The position numbers and the translations under genes were made by a program. Shown here one piece after another: positions 27,348-36,988 of a stretch of DNA of 64,000 nt. The number at the start of each line of letters is the position of its first letter. Positions within the stretch are counted from its first letter, which is position 1. Source of the DNA: Candidatus Amesbacteria bacterium (lineage in GTDB: Bacteria > Patescibacteriota > Microgenomatia > CAZETR01 > Amesbacteraceae); assembly GCA_027371535.1 (NCBI GenBank), contig DAHXMV010000001.1, forward strand, positions 32,879-96,878, in the 5' to 3' direction. The notes below the pieces were generated by a model, which was given only the letters and a program-made list of their open reading frames with translations, had not been told where the DNA came from and ran no database searches.

Positions 27348-29045
27348 TCAATGCAAGGCGGAAGAATCCGGCGGGATCTGAAAATATCTGAATAACTTTT
27401 CGGCGATCCCGAACCATAAGGGAGCGGCAGTAGTGCTTCCCCAGGGTGATGATTGAGGATGATTCAAAGTTACCAGCATCGTGAACTTGGGGTTGGCAGC
27501 CGGGGCAAAACCAATAAAGGAGGCAATGAATTTATCGGGGTCGTAGTGTCCGGCAATCGGTATCTGGGCGGTTCCGGTCTTTGCGGCGACAGAAAACCCG
27601 GGTACCCGATAATATCTGACCTCGCCGTGATTAACCGCATTGACCATCATCCGGGTCATAAGAGCGGCAGCTTCGGCAGAGATAACCTTTTTAGCTTTAA
27701 CCGGCGGAAAAAGCTTAATCTTACCGTCGACTTCCGTGCCTATAGCCACCCGTGGGGGAATCAGTTGGCCGCCGTTGGCTATGGCATTGACGGCGGTCAC
27801 CATTTGCAGGCGGGTAACGGCGATGCCCTGGCCGAAAGCGGCTGTAGCCCAATCAATGTCGTACCACTGGTTGTCAGGTCTTAATACCGGGGTGCTTTCT
27901 TCCTGCAAATCCACACCGGTGAGCTGTCCGAAGCCGAATTTTCTGATATAGGCAAGCATTTTTTCCTTTCCCAGTTTCCGGCTGACAAAAACCATGCCAA
28001 TATTGTCCGAATGCAAAATCACGTCACTCATATTACAGCCCGGGTAGTAAACATTATTGTAGCTTCTGAGATAGTCACCGGATATTTGTACCGGACCGGA
28101 ACAGATTTCACAGATAGTCTGGGGAGTAACCGCTCCGGCGTCCAACGCTGAGGACATGACAATCGTTTTAAAAGTCGATCCGGGTTCATAACCCTCGGAT
28201 ACGATGGGATTTTTATAGATATCGGGCGGGTAATCGGTGAAATGACCGGGATCATATCCGGGTAAACTGACCATGGCCAGTAAATGGCCGGTTTTGCTGT
28301 CCATAACCGTCACAGTACCGGATTTGGCCTGATATTTGACCAAACCAGCTTCAAGCTGTTTAAAAACGATGTATTCGACAGAGCGGTCGACGGAAGTGAT
28401 AAGATTTTGACCGGGCTGAGGAGGGATGATATTCTGATCACCGATTACAATGGGCCGGTTATATGCATCCAGCTGCTGGTTAAGCTTTCCCGGTTTTCCG
28501 GACAGGATCCGATCCCAATAGCCTTCCAGACCGAAATATCCCTGCATATCTCCCGTTTCGTTTTTACCTACAAAACCGGTAAAATAGGCACTCGGGCTGC
28601 CTTCCGGGTAAATCCGGTCCTGTTCTTCTTCAAAACCCAGGCCAGGAACCTGAAGTTGTTCAATCCTGGCTTTAGTATCAGGACTGAGGCCATGGGCAAT
28701 GGGGAGCCAGTTGAGAGGCAGACCCCGATTTTCGGTGATAATTTTCTGAGCACCTGATGTAGCCGGGAGCAGATCAAACAATTTTTTAGAAATATCCGCA
28801 TCAAGACGGAAAACGTGGGGATCGATAAAGGCTAAATATTTTTGGCTGTTAGTAACCAGAGGGAAGCCGTCCGCACTTCTGATTTCTCCCCTGGGGGCGG
28901 GGATAATATCCGAACTTCCGTACTGCGCCCGCGCATCTTTTTCCAATTCTGGATTTTTAATGACCTGCCAGTAAAAAAGCCTGATGACAAGAAACAGAAA
29001 CCAGCCTACAAACAACAGTTTTATCCACTGCAACCGACGGTTCAT
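27348..29045 (-). CDS. ftsI: class B penicillin-binding protein (FtsI/PBP2 transpeptidase)
   Basis: N-terminal TM helix and all three transpeptidase motifs: STFK (GSTFKTIV), SDN (HSDNIGM), KTG (AKTGTAQ). Confidence 0.9.
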   Translation of the reverse strand: MNRRLQWIKLLFVGWFLFLVIRLFYWQVIKNPELEKDARAQYGSSDIIPAPRGEIRSADGFPLVTNSQKYLAFIDPHVFRLDADISKKLFDLLPATSGAQKIITENRGLPLNWLPIAHGLSPDTKARIEQLQVPGLGFEEEQDRIYPEGSPSAYFTGFVGKNETGDMQGYFGLEGYWDRILSGKPGKLNQQLDAYNRPIVIGDQNIIPPQPGQNLITSVDRSVEYIVFKQLEAGLVKYQAKSGTVTVMDSKTGHLLAMVSLPGYDPGHFTDYPPDIYKNPIVSEGYEPGSTFKTIVMSSALDAGAVTPQTICEICSGPVQISGDYLRSYNNVYYPGCNMSDVILHSDNIGMVFVSRKLGKEKMLAYIRKFGFGQLTGVDLQEESTPVLRPDNQWYDIDWATAAFGQGIAVTRLQMVTAVNAIANGGQLIPPRVAIGTEVDGKIKLFPPVKAKKVISAEAAALMTRMMVNAVNHGEVRYYRVPGFSVAAKTGTAQIPIAGHYDPDKFIASFIGFAPAANPKFTMLVTLNHPQSSPWGSTTAAPLWFGIAEKLFRYFQIPPDSSALH

Positions 29046-29326
29046 GGCTTGGTAAACAATGAAGCGACCGTCACAGATCCCAAATTTTCAATGACAGCCG
29101 GAACCATATGCCGGGACTGGGCAAAATCCTGAATACTGGCAATAGAGGTATGAAGATAAATTTGGGCCTGCAGTTCCCGGTTTTGGGAATTCAACCGGTT
29201 TATTTTGGAATCCAGATCGGTTATACGATCACCATCCGACGACCGGATACTGGAAATATATACCTGCAATAAGAGCAGTACGGCGATGCCGATATAGGTA
29301 TATAAAGTGAGTTTATTTTTAAACAT
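29042..29326 (-). CDS. ftsL: FtsL-like small bitopic division protein
   Basis: About 95 aa with one TM helix (YTYIGIAVLLLLQVYI) then a coiled-coil-like segment (INRLNSQNRELQAQI). Sits between rsmH and ftsI. Start moved to MFKNK (29324-29326). Confidence 0.55.
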   Translation of the reverse strand: MFKNKLTLYTYIGIAVLLLLQVYISSIRSSDGDRITDLDSKINRLNSQNRELQAQIYLHTSIASIQDFAQSRHMVPAVIENLGSVTVASLFTKP

Positions 29327-30149
29327 ATTTTTTCTGAAAAACACGCAGTTTGGCACTTTGGGATTTGGGATTTTGACCAATTTCCAGCATATCCGGGATA
29401 ACCGGCCCGGATGTCAGATTTGTACCCAAATTCTGGAATTTCCATTTTTTAAAGGTTTGTTTTACCAGACGATCTTCGAGTGAATGAAAGCTGATCACCA
29501 ACAACCTGCCGCCGGGGCGTAAAAGTTCCAGAGCCTGCGGAAGAGCCGTTTCCAAAGCCCCCAATTCGTCATTGACGGCAATTCTTAACGCCTGGAACAC
29601 GCGGCGTCTGGACGGGGCCGGCAAAATCGCAGCCAACTCCAGGGTAGTGGACAGAGGCCGGTGTCTGGTAATTTGACCGGCAATCCGGCCAGCCTGCCGT
29701 TCCCCGCCAAAATCAGCAATAATTTTAGCCAGGTCTCTGGCCGGTAGTCCGTTTACCAAATCACCCGCGGTTACCGGAATTGTAGGATCCATACGCATAT
29801 CCAGAGGGCCGTCTACCTGAAAAGAAAAACCCCGCGAGGCGGTTGTCAGCTGGTGCCAGGAAACCCCCAGATCAAATAAGATACCGGATACCGGGGGCCA
29901 GTGATTTTTACCAGCCACTTCCAAAAGATGGATGAAATTGGACCGGACCTTGATCAAATGATCCGAATCAGGGCAGGCTGACAAAGCCTCCGGATCCTGG
30001 TCAAGGCCCAGCACCCAACCGCCACCGGCCAATATTGGGGCAGTATGTCCGCCTCCGCCCAAAGTGGCATCGATATAATAATTATCGGGTTTGACTTCCA
30101 TATAAGTGCCAACCGGTTGTAAAAGTACGGGAATGTGATATCCGTCCAT
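29319..30149 (-). CDS. rsmH: 16S rRNA (cytosine1402-N4)-methyltransferase RsmH (MraW)
   Basis: YIDATLGGGGHT SAM-binding motif and overall MraW pattern. Start set at MDGYHIPVL (30147-30149). Confidence 0.9.
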   Translation of the reverse strand: MDGYHIPVLLQPVGTYMEVKPDNYYIDATLGGGGHTAPILAGGGWVLGLDQDPEALSACPDSDHLIKVRSNFIHLLEVAGKNHWPPVSGILFDLGVSWHQLTTASRGFSFQVDGPLDMRMDPTIPVTAGDLVNGLPARDLAKIIADFGGERQAGRIAGQITRHRPLSTTLELAAILPAPSRRRVFQALRIAVNDELGALETALPQALELLRPGGRLLVISFHSLEDRLVKQTFKKWKFQNLGTNLTSGPVIPDMLEIGQNPKSQSAKLRVFQKKYV

Positions 30150-30150
30150 G

Positions 30151-30582
30151 TTAAATTCCGGTAGACGAGAGCTTTTCAGCGATCTCCTCCCTCTTGGAAT
30201 TAATCCGGGCGGAATATAAATCAAATCTCTGTTTGTCCCAGATTTCTATCCGGTCCAGGCTGCCGGCAACTACGCAATCTGTTTTCACCCCGGCGAAATT
30301 CTTTAAATAATCCGGGATCAAAATCCGGCCCAAATGATCAATTTCCACTTCCGTGGCGCCAAAGCTCAGACTCCGGGTGAAAGACCGGGCATCCGCCTGG
30401 GTAAGCGGCAACTGATTCAATTTGGCTACCAAACGATCCCAGACATCTTTGGGATATAAAAAAAGACAACCGTCCAGGCCCTGGCTTAAAACTGCCCCGT
30501 TCTCCAACTGGGACCGGAATTTCTTGGGGACGGATAGGCGCCCTTTTTCTTCAAGATGATGTTCATATTGACCTATAAACAT
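30151..30582 (-). CDS. mraZ: transcriptional regulator MraZ
   Basis: MFIGQYEHHLEEKGRLSVPKKFR and a duplicated SpoVT/AbrB-like half. First gene of the dcw cluster. Confidence 0.9.
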   Translation of the reverse strand: MFIGQYEHHLEEKGRLSVPKKFRSQLENGAVLSQGLDGCLFLYPKDVWDRLVAKLNQLPLTQADARSFTRSLSFGATEVEIDHLGRILIPDYLKNFAGVKTDCVVAGSLDRIEIWDKQRFDLYSARINSKREEIAEKLSSTGI

Positions 30583-30590
30583 AGAGATTT

Positions 30591-30642
30591 ACCACTTTAT
30601 ACCACTTTGTACCACTATTACTTATTTTCACGGACGTGTCAA
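30591..30642 (-). promoter_or_regulatory. predicted Pmra promoter (-35 TTGACA, -10 TAATAG) followed by three 10-bp-phased direct repeats (A/T)AAGTGGTA, the expected MraZ operator
   Basis: Read on the minus strand: cTTGACAcgtccgtgaaaataagTAATAGTGGTAcaAAGTGGTAtaAAGTGGTAaatctctATG. Periodic AAAGTG[GT] direct repeats are the reported MraZ binding site. Placement at the head of the dcw operon fits. Confidence 0.55.
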
Positions 30643-30702
30643 GACCAAGTTAATACGAAACATCGGGAATTCTTACTGTCGGGAAAACTTAAAAATTACA
30701 AA

Positions 30703-31200
30703 TTACTGCTGGGGAGTGAGGGAGACAGTCTTGCCCGGGGTGACGGTAAATGGATAGGTGGCGGTATAGATGGAATAACCGGCATCATTTCTCAAAGTTA
30801 ATTCCATGGTCGCGTTCTGTATATTGGTATGATAGGTAAAATGTCCGCTGCTCTCGCTGCCTAAAAGCTGTTTATAGGAATAGGTATCATTACCCCCGAG
30901 ACTGGATGAACCCGAAACACCGGTATTTATCTGATTATTTTTAACAGTTGCATCATAAACAATGTTGTATTCCAATTTGGCGGCGTGAATTTTGGTGATG
31001 TTTACAGTGACGTAATGACCATCAGAAGAAAAAGTCAGGGAAGCCGCCGGAGCCTGATTGGGAGGCAGCTGGGCCACCTGGGAGGGAGCCAAAGTCGGGG
31101 TGGGGGCAGTCGGGGCGGAGGCAGGATGCCGGGTGCCGACAAAAATACCGCCGGCGATAAGAACCAGTAAAACACCGACGACAATAAATTGTGTTTTCAT
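30703..31200 (-). CDS. hypothetical secreted/membrane-anchored protein (165 aa)
   Basis: N-terminal TM/signal (FIVVGVLLVLIAGGIFV), a Pro/Ala/Thr-rich linker, then a beta-rich domain. No recognisable family. Confidence 0.55.
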   Translation of the reverse strand: MKTQFIVVGVLLVLIAGGIFVGTRHPASAPTAPTPTLAPSQVAQLPPNQAPAASLTFSSDGHYVTVNITKIHAAKLEYNIVYDATVKNNQINTGVSGSSSLGGNDTYSYKQLLGSESSGHFTYHTNIQNATMELTLRNDAGYSIYTATYPFTVTPGKTVSLTPQQ

Positions 31201-31204
31201 AACT

Positions 31205-32464
31205 TTACTTTAACTTTTCTGTAAAATAACTGTCAAGCTCGGAAATTGGCATTCTGATCTGGCCGGCCGTATTCCGGTCCCTTACCGTCACAGTATTATC
31301 CTCCAAAGACTGAAAATCGACGGTGAGACACCAGGGGGTGCCGATTTCGTCCTGGGAATAATAACGCTTGCCGATATTGCCCCGGTCATCCCAGACCGTT
31401 TTAAACAAGGGCTTTAAATGTTCATATAGCCCTTTGGCTTTGATAACCAGATCGGGTTTATTGGCCAACAACGGGAAGACGGCAATTTTGTAAGGAGCGA
31501 TCCGGGGACTGAGTTTCAAAATTATCCTGTCACCGTCTTCGGTATAGGCGTCTGCGAGCAGGAACAGAAAAGTCCGGTCAACCCCGCCGGAAGTTTCCAC
31601 AATCCAGGGGATCAGACCCTCGAATGTCAAATCCTGGCCGCTGAACTGGCTATGCCTAGACAAATCCCAGTCCTGACGCCAGTGGATACCTTCCATTTCC
31701 TGCCCGCGGTACTGGATATCAAAGGCCTTTTTGGCGTAGAAAGCCAGTTTTTCGTGCTGATGAAAGCTCAAATTATCAGGATGAGTGAAGAGCCCGGAGT
31801 ACCAATCCATTCTGGCTTGTTTCCAGTAGTCATACCATTTGTCCATTTCTTCCGGTTTGGTAAACCACTGCAAATCCCATTGTTCAAACTCTCTTAAGCG
31901 GAAGAGAAAGTTGCCATATGTCACCTCGTTCCGGAAAGCCTTACCGATCTGGACGATACCAAACGGCAGTTTGACCCGGGTCGAATTGACTACATTTTTG
32001 AAGTTTAAATAGATAGTCTGGCAGGCCTCACCCCGGAGATAGGTTTTAACCTTTTCATCTTCGATAATTCCAAGTTCTGTGGGAACCAAAGTATTGAAGT
32101 TTTTGGGCTCGGTCAATTCGCCTCCGCAGTCAGGACAAAGCTGGCCCGTTACATCATCGGCCTTAAAGCGGTGATGGCATTTTTTGCATTCGGTCAGCGG
32201 ATCTACAAAACCCTTGACATGCCCGCTGGCTTCCCAGACTTTGGGATGGGTAATTATTGCCCCGTCAATACCAACGATGTTGTCATGCTCCACGGTCATC
32301 CACCTCCACCAGAGACTTTTTAAGTTGTTTTTCATCTCCACCCCGAGGGGTCCATAATCATATATTCCGCCCACTCCGCCGTAAATTTCACTCCCGGGGA
32401 AGACAAATCCCCGTCTTTTACACAGAGCTACCACTTTTTCCATTACATCCATATTAAAAGTCAT
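31205..32464 (-). CDS. glyQS: glycine--tRNA ligase, alpha2 (archaeal/eukaryote-like) type
   Basis: N-terminus MEKVVALCKRRGFVFPGSEIYGG..YDYGPLG and class II motifs. A Cys cluster (CKKCHH...CPDCGG) is present. Confidence 0.85.
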   Translation of the reverse strand: MTFNMDVMEKVVALCKRRGFVFPGSEIYGGVGGIYDYGPLGVEMKNNLKSLWWRWMTVEHDNIVGIDGAIITHPKVWEASGHVKGFVDPLTECKKCHHRFKADDVTGQLCPDCGGELTEPKNFNTLVPTELGIIEDEKVKTYLRGEACQTIYLNFKNVVNSTRVKLPFGIVQIGKAFRNEVTYGNFLFRLREFEQWDLQWFTKPEEMDKWYDYWKQARMDWYSGLFTHPDNLSFHQHEKLAFYAKKAFDIQYRGQEMEGIHWRQDWDLSRHSQFSGQDLTFEGLIPWIVETSGGVDRTFLFLLADAYTEDGDRIILKLSPRIAPYKIAVFPLLANKPDLVIKAKGLYEHLKPLFKTVWDDRGNIGKRYYSQDEIGTPWCLTVDFQSLEDNTVTVRDRNTAGQIRMPISELDSYFTEKLK

Positions 32465-32506
32465 TATATTCCATCCAATAATATATTGTGCTACAATGCG
32501 TAACTT

Positions 32507-32692
32507 GTGGACAAACGCGAAACAAAAAATAGGGCAGATCGCAAATTACCATTGCCTGAGCAAAAAGGCAGTTCAGGTTTGATTGATTACCTGAAATTTT
32601 TAACTTATAACATAATTGTCTGGCGGAGAATTCAACAATTCCGTCATGATAATCAAATCAGCGAAGAGGATCTGAAAGATGCCGACGAATAA
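32507..32692 (+). CDS. hypothetical small ORF (61 aa)
   Basis: ORF only, with no homology signal. Lies in the gap between divergent glyQS and the convergent giant gene. Confidence 0.2.
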   Translation: MDKRETKNRADRKLPLPEQKGSSGLIDYLKFLTYNIIVWRRIQQFRHDNQISEEDLKDADE

Positions 32693-32707
32693 AGCGAAGA
32701 ATCTGAA

Positions 32708-35700
32708 TCAGTATACCGGTTCGTAGACAATTTTACGGCGCAGACCGATATCCCGGAGGATTCTGATCAGACGCGGATTGTAGTGCACAAATTCCGCCGG
32801 ATACGGACCTTTGCTGGTACGGTTTAGGTTAATCCCCTGTCTGGCGGCAATTGCCCCGTCAAACTTGATCTGGCTGACGGAGGTATTGACTGTAAATGCC
32901 CCGTCGGTATACAGGATGGCCGAGATATCCGCCGGGTATGCGGCCTGGGTAATATCATACTGGGGCGGAATACCGGTGGGGGTGGGAGTAATGGCCACTC
33001 CATTGCCCAAAGTAATACTTCCCTTTGAAAAAATAGCCAGGAAACCATCCGTGGCCGGATTTGTTTCGGTCATAGTGATTGACCCGCCGATGGTTACCGA
33101 TCCCTGGTCCACCAAAATAATAGCTTTGTTTTGACTTGGAGTAAGACTGGAAATGTCTAACGGGGCTCCGGGGTCTCCGATCGTGGCTCCGCCGGGATCA
33201 TTTATTTCTATCACATACACATTAAACTTCCCTGCCCCGTAATTGAAAGTCATGTAATGATTCGCACTATTGGCAGCAGTGATTGCCGCCTGCAGATCCG
33301 CCGTAGTTGCCAGGGTATTACCGGGCAACATATATGCCCCGCCGCTTTTGGACCGGGATTTGGCTCTTTCCTTCATCGAATCATAGGTATTTTCCGGTTT
33401 GTTGTTCATGAGGGTCCAGGGATTGGACCCGGAGAAGATCCAGTTCATGTTGTTAATAAAATCCGGACGGTTGACATTCACGCCGGTTGATCCGAAAGCA
33501 ATCCCCGGCAGGGGGACCAGCCCGGCCGGAGTCAGAGGCACCTCACCCGGCATGATCACCCAGGGCTGGAATGTGAGGTAAGCCGGAGATATGTTTTCAG
33601 TCAGCGGTCCACCGGCGGCCGTCACATCCCCTCCCTGAACTTCAAAATATGAAGAGTAGGCAGCACACTTGGCCCACACTCCTCCGGGAGGTGTCCGGAT
33701 GCTCTCCTGACAACCCACAGGATTGGAGCTTTTCAAAGCGCTCACACTATAACCGTATTGTGTTCCGCAGACTGCCAAAGCATCGGTCCAGTTGAATACT
33801 GCCGGTCCGGTAGTCGTTTTTACTGCCGGTGGATTGGAAATATCCGATCTGTAAACGTTAAAACCGGAGAGTCCCGCATCCCCGTCCACCCAAGATACCA
33901 GAATATGATTATTGGGTATATTACCATCATCTACCGCGGTCGCCGAACCCGGCGGGTTGGGAGCACAGGGTACCGTAACGGTAGTCCCGCCGATGTTGGT
34001 AGTGCCGGGGGTAGAGCAGGTGCTGTAATCTTTAATTTGCACCAGGTGGCTGCCACAGGTAAGACTCAGGTTATTCACGTAGTTGGTGACGACACCGGAC
34101 TTCACCGTAGATCCGTCAACCAATAGGTCATACGATCCGGCTCCGGCCACCGCCGGCCAACTGACATTTACTCCCTGGTCTGTCTGGGTACACCATATAG
34201 TCGCAGTCGGGTTGGGCGGACCTACCTGGGAACAACACATCGCCGGTCCGCACCAATTACCGATGGCCTCCCCTGAGTCGTTATAAGCCCCGACTGTATA
34301 CATATACCAGGTATCCTGAACAGCTGAAGTGTCAGTATATGATGAGATATCGGGTCCGGTACTCGGCGTGCTAAAAAAACCAGGTGATCTGTACAAATGA
34401 AAACCGGTTTCATTATTGGAATTATCAGTCCAGGTGACATTCATGCTGCCCGTTGAACAGCTACATGAGACGTTACCGGGGGCAACAGGCGTACAGTTAT
34501 TTGCCGTTGTATATTCGGTGTTGCTATCGTGGGTTCCTTTACATGCGTTAGTAGATCTGATAAAGATCGAGTGGCTGCCAACTGCATATCCGGCATTATA
34601 TGCCGTAGTGTAGGGACTGACGGAGATAGCTCCCAAATCCATTCCATCGATCCATAAATGTGAAGCCCCCGAGGTATCCCCACTCCAGTTAATGGTAAAA
34701 GTCCCGCAGTTACCCGTCACATTAGAAATTGAGGGTGTGGAAACGTCATCATATACATCAACTTGTACCTGGTCATTGCTTCCGCAGTTTCCATATAATC
34801 CGTTCGGCCAAATTACCGTGGATGCCTGATTACCCGTGCACTTCCCCCCAGTTTTCGAAGCGGCATTCGATGTAAATAGGTAAGACCCGGCAGTATCAAG
34901 TGTTGTGGTCGCCGACAGACTATTTGAATTTGAATTACTTGCTAATGCCGGTGACCAGCTAGCTCCCTGGGTCAGGTCGGAGGTTGTGTTGGCATGGTAA
35001 ATACTTATAAACCCTATCCCCTCTGCAGCCGTTGAGCTGCCGTTTGCCATAACTGAACTTGCCCCTGTACAATTAGTTGTTGCTGTCACACTACTACCGG
35101 TGATAATGCATTTCTTGTCCACAGAAATAGAACATGTTGGCCATGGCGGATGACAGGACAACATTGGAGCCAAAGGGCCAGCACCGGGATAGCCTGTGTT
35201 CTGATCATTTGGCATTTGATAGAGAAGCGATCCACCATACATTGAACCATCGGGGGAGTTAAAAACCACATCAATCTGCTGAGGCGTAGGTCCGGTAGCG
35301 CCGTTATAACAATCATTGGTGTAATCCAGCTCAAAGTAATGCCAACCGGCTGTCACCTGAACATTAAATCTATGCTGGGCGCTAGTTTGACCATAACACC
35401 ATCCAGAACCCGAATGCTGCAAATTTATGACCGGAGCCGGGGTAGGATTAGTATTGGGGACCCGGTTGTCTATATAAACCTTCACTTCACCCCAACCGGA
35501 AAATTGGGGAGAAATCGCGAAGTTATAGTTGCCTGTTACATCAAAGTACATATACCCCTGCCATATTCCTCCGGTATTTCCACGACACATATACCTCGCA
35601 TCCGTCCCTTCATATAGCCATCCTGCTACATCTGTCGGGGTCCGGCAGTGATTCAGGCCGGGATTGGGACAGGTAAAATCATACCAGTTAAAAGCATTTG

Positions 35701-36241
35701 TAGCATTCCAGATTCCGGTCCACCTTAAAGTACAATAATGATAATCCGGCCCCACACACCCCTTACCGGATGAATCACCCCAGGTATAATAATTGTAATA
35801 AAGACCTTTGGGGTTGTCTTTCGGACAGGCGACTTTTTGGGTCAAATAGGAATTACACAAAAGCGGGTTACTGGAGCTGCCACCACCATTGGAGCTATTC
35901 GAGCAGCAACCTATAGTACCAGTATGTCGTGAACACACACCCCCGATATCGTCACAGCCATTATTATTGGTGGATCCCTGTGAAACTCCCTGGAAAGTTC
36001 CGTCACATGAAGTGGCTGTATTGTTACACGTAAACCAGCTATATTCGAGGTCGGTACAACCGCAAAAACCATTTTTATCGTATTGACAGTTCCAACAGGT
36101 GGATGCTCCATTCGTTCCTAAACAAGTATATGTGCCACATGGGCCGGCTTTAATTTTTTGAACAATTATTGCCGATGAAAGTATTAAAATCAAAAAAATA
36201 CCTAACCCTAACCAAAACTGTTTTCTAAAAGGCGACTTCAT
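32708..36241 (-). CDS. giant (about 1180 aa) secreted Cys-rich surface protein with PA14-like and fibronectin type III-like repeats
   Basis: Signal peptide (MKSPFRKQFWLGLGIFLILILSSAI). A Cys-dense N-terminal module (CGTYTCLGTNGASTCWNCQYDKNGFCGC...). PA14-like hallmarks (YMYFDVTGNYNFAI..VKVYIDN, ASHLWIDGMD). At least two FN3-like units (GFHLYRSP...WYMYTVGAYNDSGE, GFNVYRSD...YGYSVSALKSS). The C-terminal Gly/Thr-rich region may be beta-helical. Start set at the second Met to limit overlap with the upstream gene. Confidence 0.8.
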   Translation of the reverse strand: MKSPFRKQFWLGLGIFLILILSSAIIVQKIKAGPCGTYTCLGTNGASTCWNCQYDKNGFCGCTDLEYSWFTCNNTATSCDGTFQGVSQGSTNNNGCDDIGGVCSRHTGTIGCCSNSSNGGGSSSNPLLCNSYLTQKVACPKDNPKGLYYNYYTWGDSSGKGCVGPDYHYCTLRWTGIWNATNAFNWYDFTCPNPGLNHCRTPTDVAGWLYEGTDARYMCRGNTGGIWQGYMYFDVTGNYNFAISPQFSGWGEVKVYIDNRVPNTNPTPAPVINLQHSGSGWCYGQTSAQHRFNVQVTAGWHYFELDYTNDCYNGATGPTPQQIDVVFNSPDGSMYGGSLLYQMPNDQNTGYPGAGPLAPMLSCHPPWPTCSISVDKKCIITGSSVTATTNCTGASSVMANGSSTAAEGIGFISIYHANTTSDLTQGASWSPALASNSNSNSLSATTTLDTAGSYLFTSNAASKTGGKCTGNQASTVIWPNGLYGNCGSNDQVQVDVYDDVSTPSISNVTGNCGTFTINWSGDTSGASHLWIDGMDLGAISVSPYTTAYNAGYAVGSHSIFIRSTNACKGTHDSNTEYTTANNCTPVAPGNVSCSCSTGSMNVTWTDNSNNETGFHLYRSPGFFSTPSTGPDISSYTDTSAVQDTWYMYTVGAYNDSGEAIGNWCGPAMCCSQVGPPNPTATIWCTQTDQGVNVSWPAVAGAGSYDLLVDGSTVKSGVVTNYVNNLSLTCGSHLVQIKDYSTCSTPGTTNIGGTTVTVPCAPNPPGSATAVDDGNIPNNHILVSWVDGDAGLSGFNVYRSDISNPPAVKTTTGPAVFNWTDALAVCGTQYGYSVSALKSSNPVGCQESIRTPPGGVWAKCAAYSSYFEVQGGDVTAAGGPLTENISPAYLTFQPWVIMPGEVPLTPAGLVPLPGIAFGSTGVNVNRPDFINNMNWIFSGSNPWTLMNNKPENTYDSMKERAKSRSKSGGAYMLPGNTLATTADLQAAITAANSANHYMTFNYGAGKFNVYVIEINDPGGATIGDPGAPLDISSLTPSQNKAIILVDQGSVTIGGSITMTETNPATDGFLAIFSKGSITLGNGVAITPTPTGIPPQYDITQAAYPADISAILYTDGAFTVNTSVSQIKFDGAIAARQGINLNRTSKGPYPAEFVHYNPRLIRILRDIGLRRKIVYEPVY

Positions 36242-36926
36242 GGTTTTTACTCGAATCCGCAAAACTAATCGGTATAATTATGCCAATATCCGGGTTACCG
36301 GAATTTATAAACTTGTCCATTTCGTTTTTGAAGCTCTGGTTATATTTAATTACCAACTGATTAACCGCAGACCGTATTGTCTGCCCATCTCCCCCCGATG
36401 CGACTGAGATTGTAGGTAACAATAGACCAACTGTTATTTCCTGCCCTTTTTTAGCACCGAAAAAATCTGGGTTGCCAGAAATCTGATTTTCTATTTCCTT
36501 TTCATTCCAGGTTATTGCATTTTTATAAGCAATATGGAACATCCTACCATCCTTAAGCTTCATCAATACTGGTATCAAAACCGAGACTTTCTTTTGTTCA
36601 GCATCGTAGTAATAGCCTCTAAAAGTTGCAAGGGCTGTCACTAATCTTTCACCCTCTTTTGTTTTTATCGGTATCGGTTCTCTTATCACTTTGCCGTCTG
36701 ACACTATGCGTAAAAAGAACATGTCCTGAAATTTATCTATGCCATTAAATCCATAATCTGTCCAGTTTTTACCAATATCCGTCTCCATTGTTATCTGTAC
36801 TGGGGGTGGAACAATAACATTTGTCTCTTTATGACTTAATTTCTTAAGTTTAAAGAAAAAAAACAAAATACCGCATAACATTAATACAAGCACAATCAAC
36901 AACATCACAACCACATAATTGCGCAT
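36225..36926 (-). CDS. membrane-anchored protein of unknown function, paralog of the C-terminal domain of ORF 36989-38521
   Basis: N-terminal TM helix. The segment KTKEGERLVTALATFRGYYYDAEQ...IAYKNAITWNEKEIENQISGNPDFF aligns with ETKEGTKLATALAYAPAYFFDREG...ISNYKGAVPWNKQGWDNIALNNPKIY of the upstream gene. Confidence 0.7.
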   Translation of the reverse strand: MRNYVVVMLLIVLVLMLCGILFFFFKLKKLSHKETNVIVPPPVQITMETDIGKNWTDYGFNGIDKFQDMFFLRIVSDGKVIREPIPIKTKEGERLVTALATFRGYYYDAEQKKVSVLIPVLMKLKDGRMFHIAYKNAITWNEKEIENQISGNPDFFGAKKGQEITVGLLLPTISVASGGDGQTIRSAVNQLVIKYNQSFKNEMDKFINSGNPDIGIIIPISFADSSKNHEVAF

Positions 36927-36988
36927 ACAAGAGATAGTATTACAAATTTATCAATATGAGTCAACTTGATCAATCTTAAATATATCCC

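Noticed and set aside
32465-32707. Possible T-box or other leader upstream of glyQS (243-nt gap)
   Set aside because: No T-box consensus (AATTAGGGTGGTACCGCG-like) or specifier/antiterminator structure is recognisable. The gap is probably promoter plus a small divergent ORF.
33257-35617. Numerous 60-120 aa ORFs on both strands within the giant surface-protein gene
   Set aside because: All are nested in the 3.5-kb ORF, whose own translation shows coherent domain signatures. They are frame-shadow ORFs.
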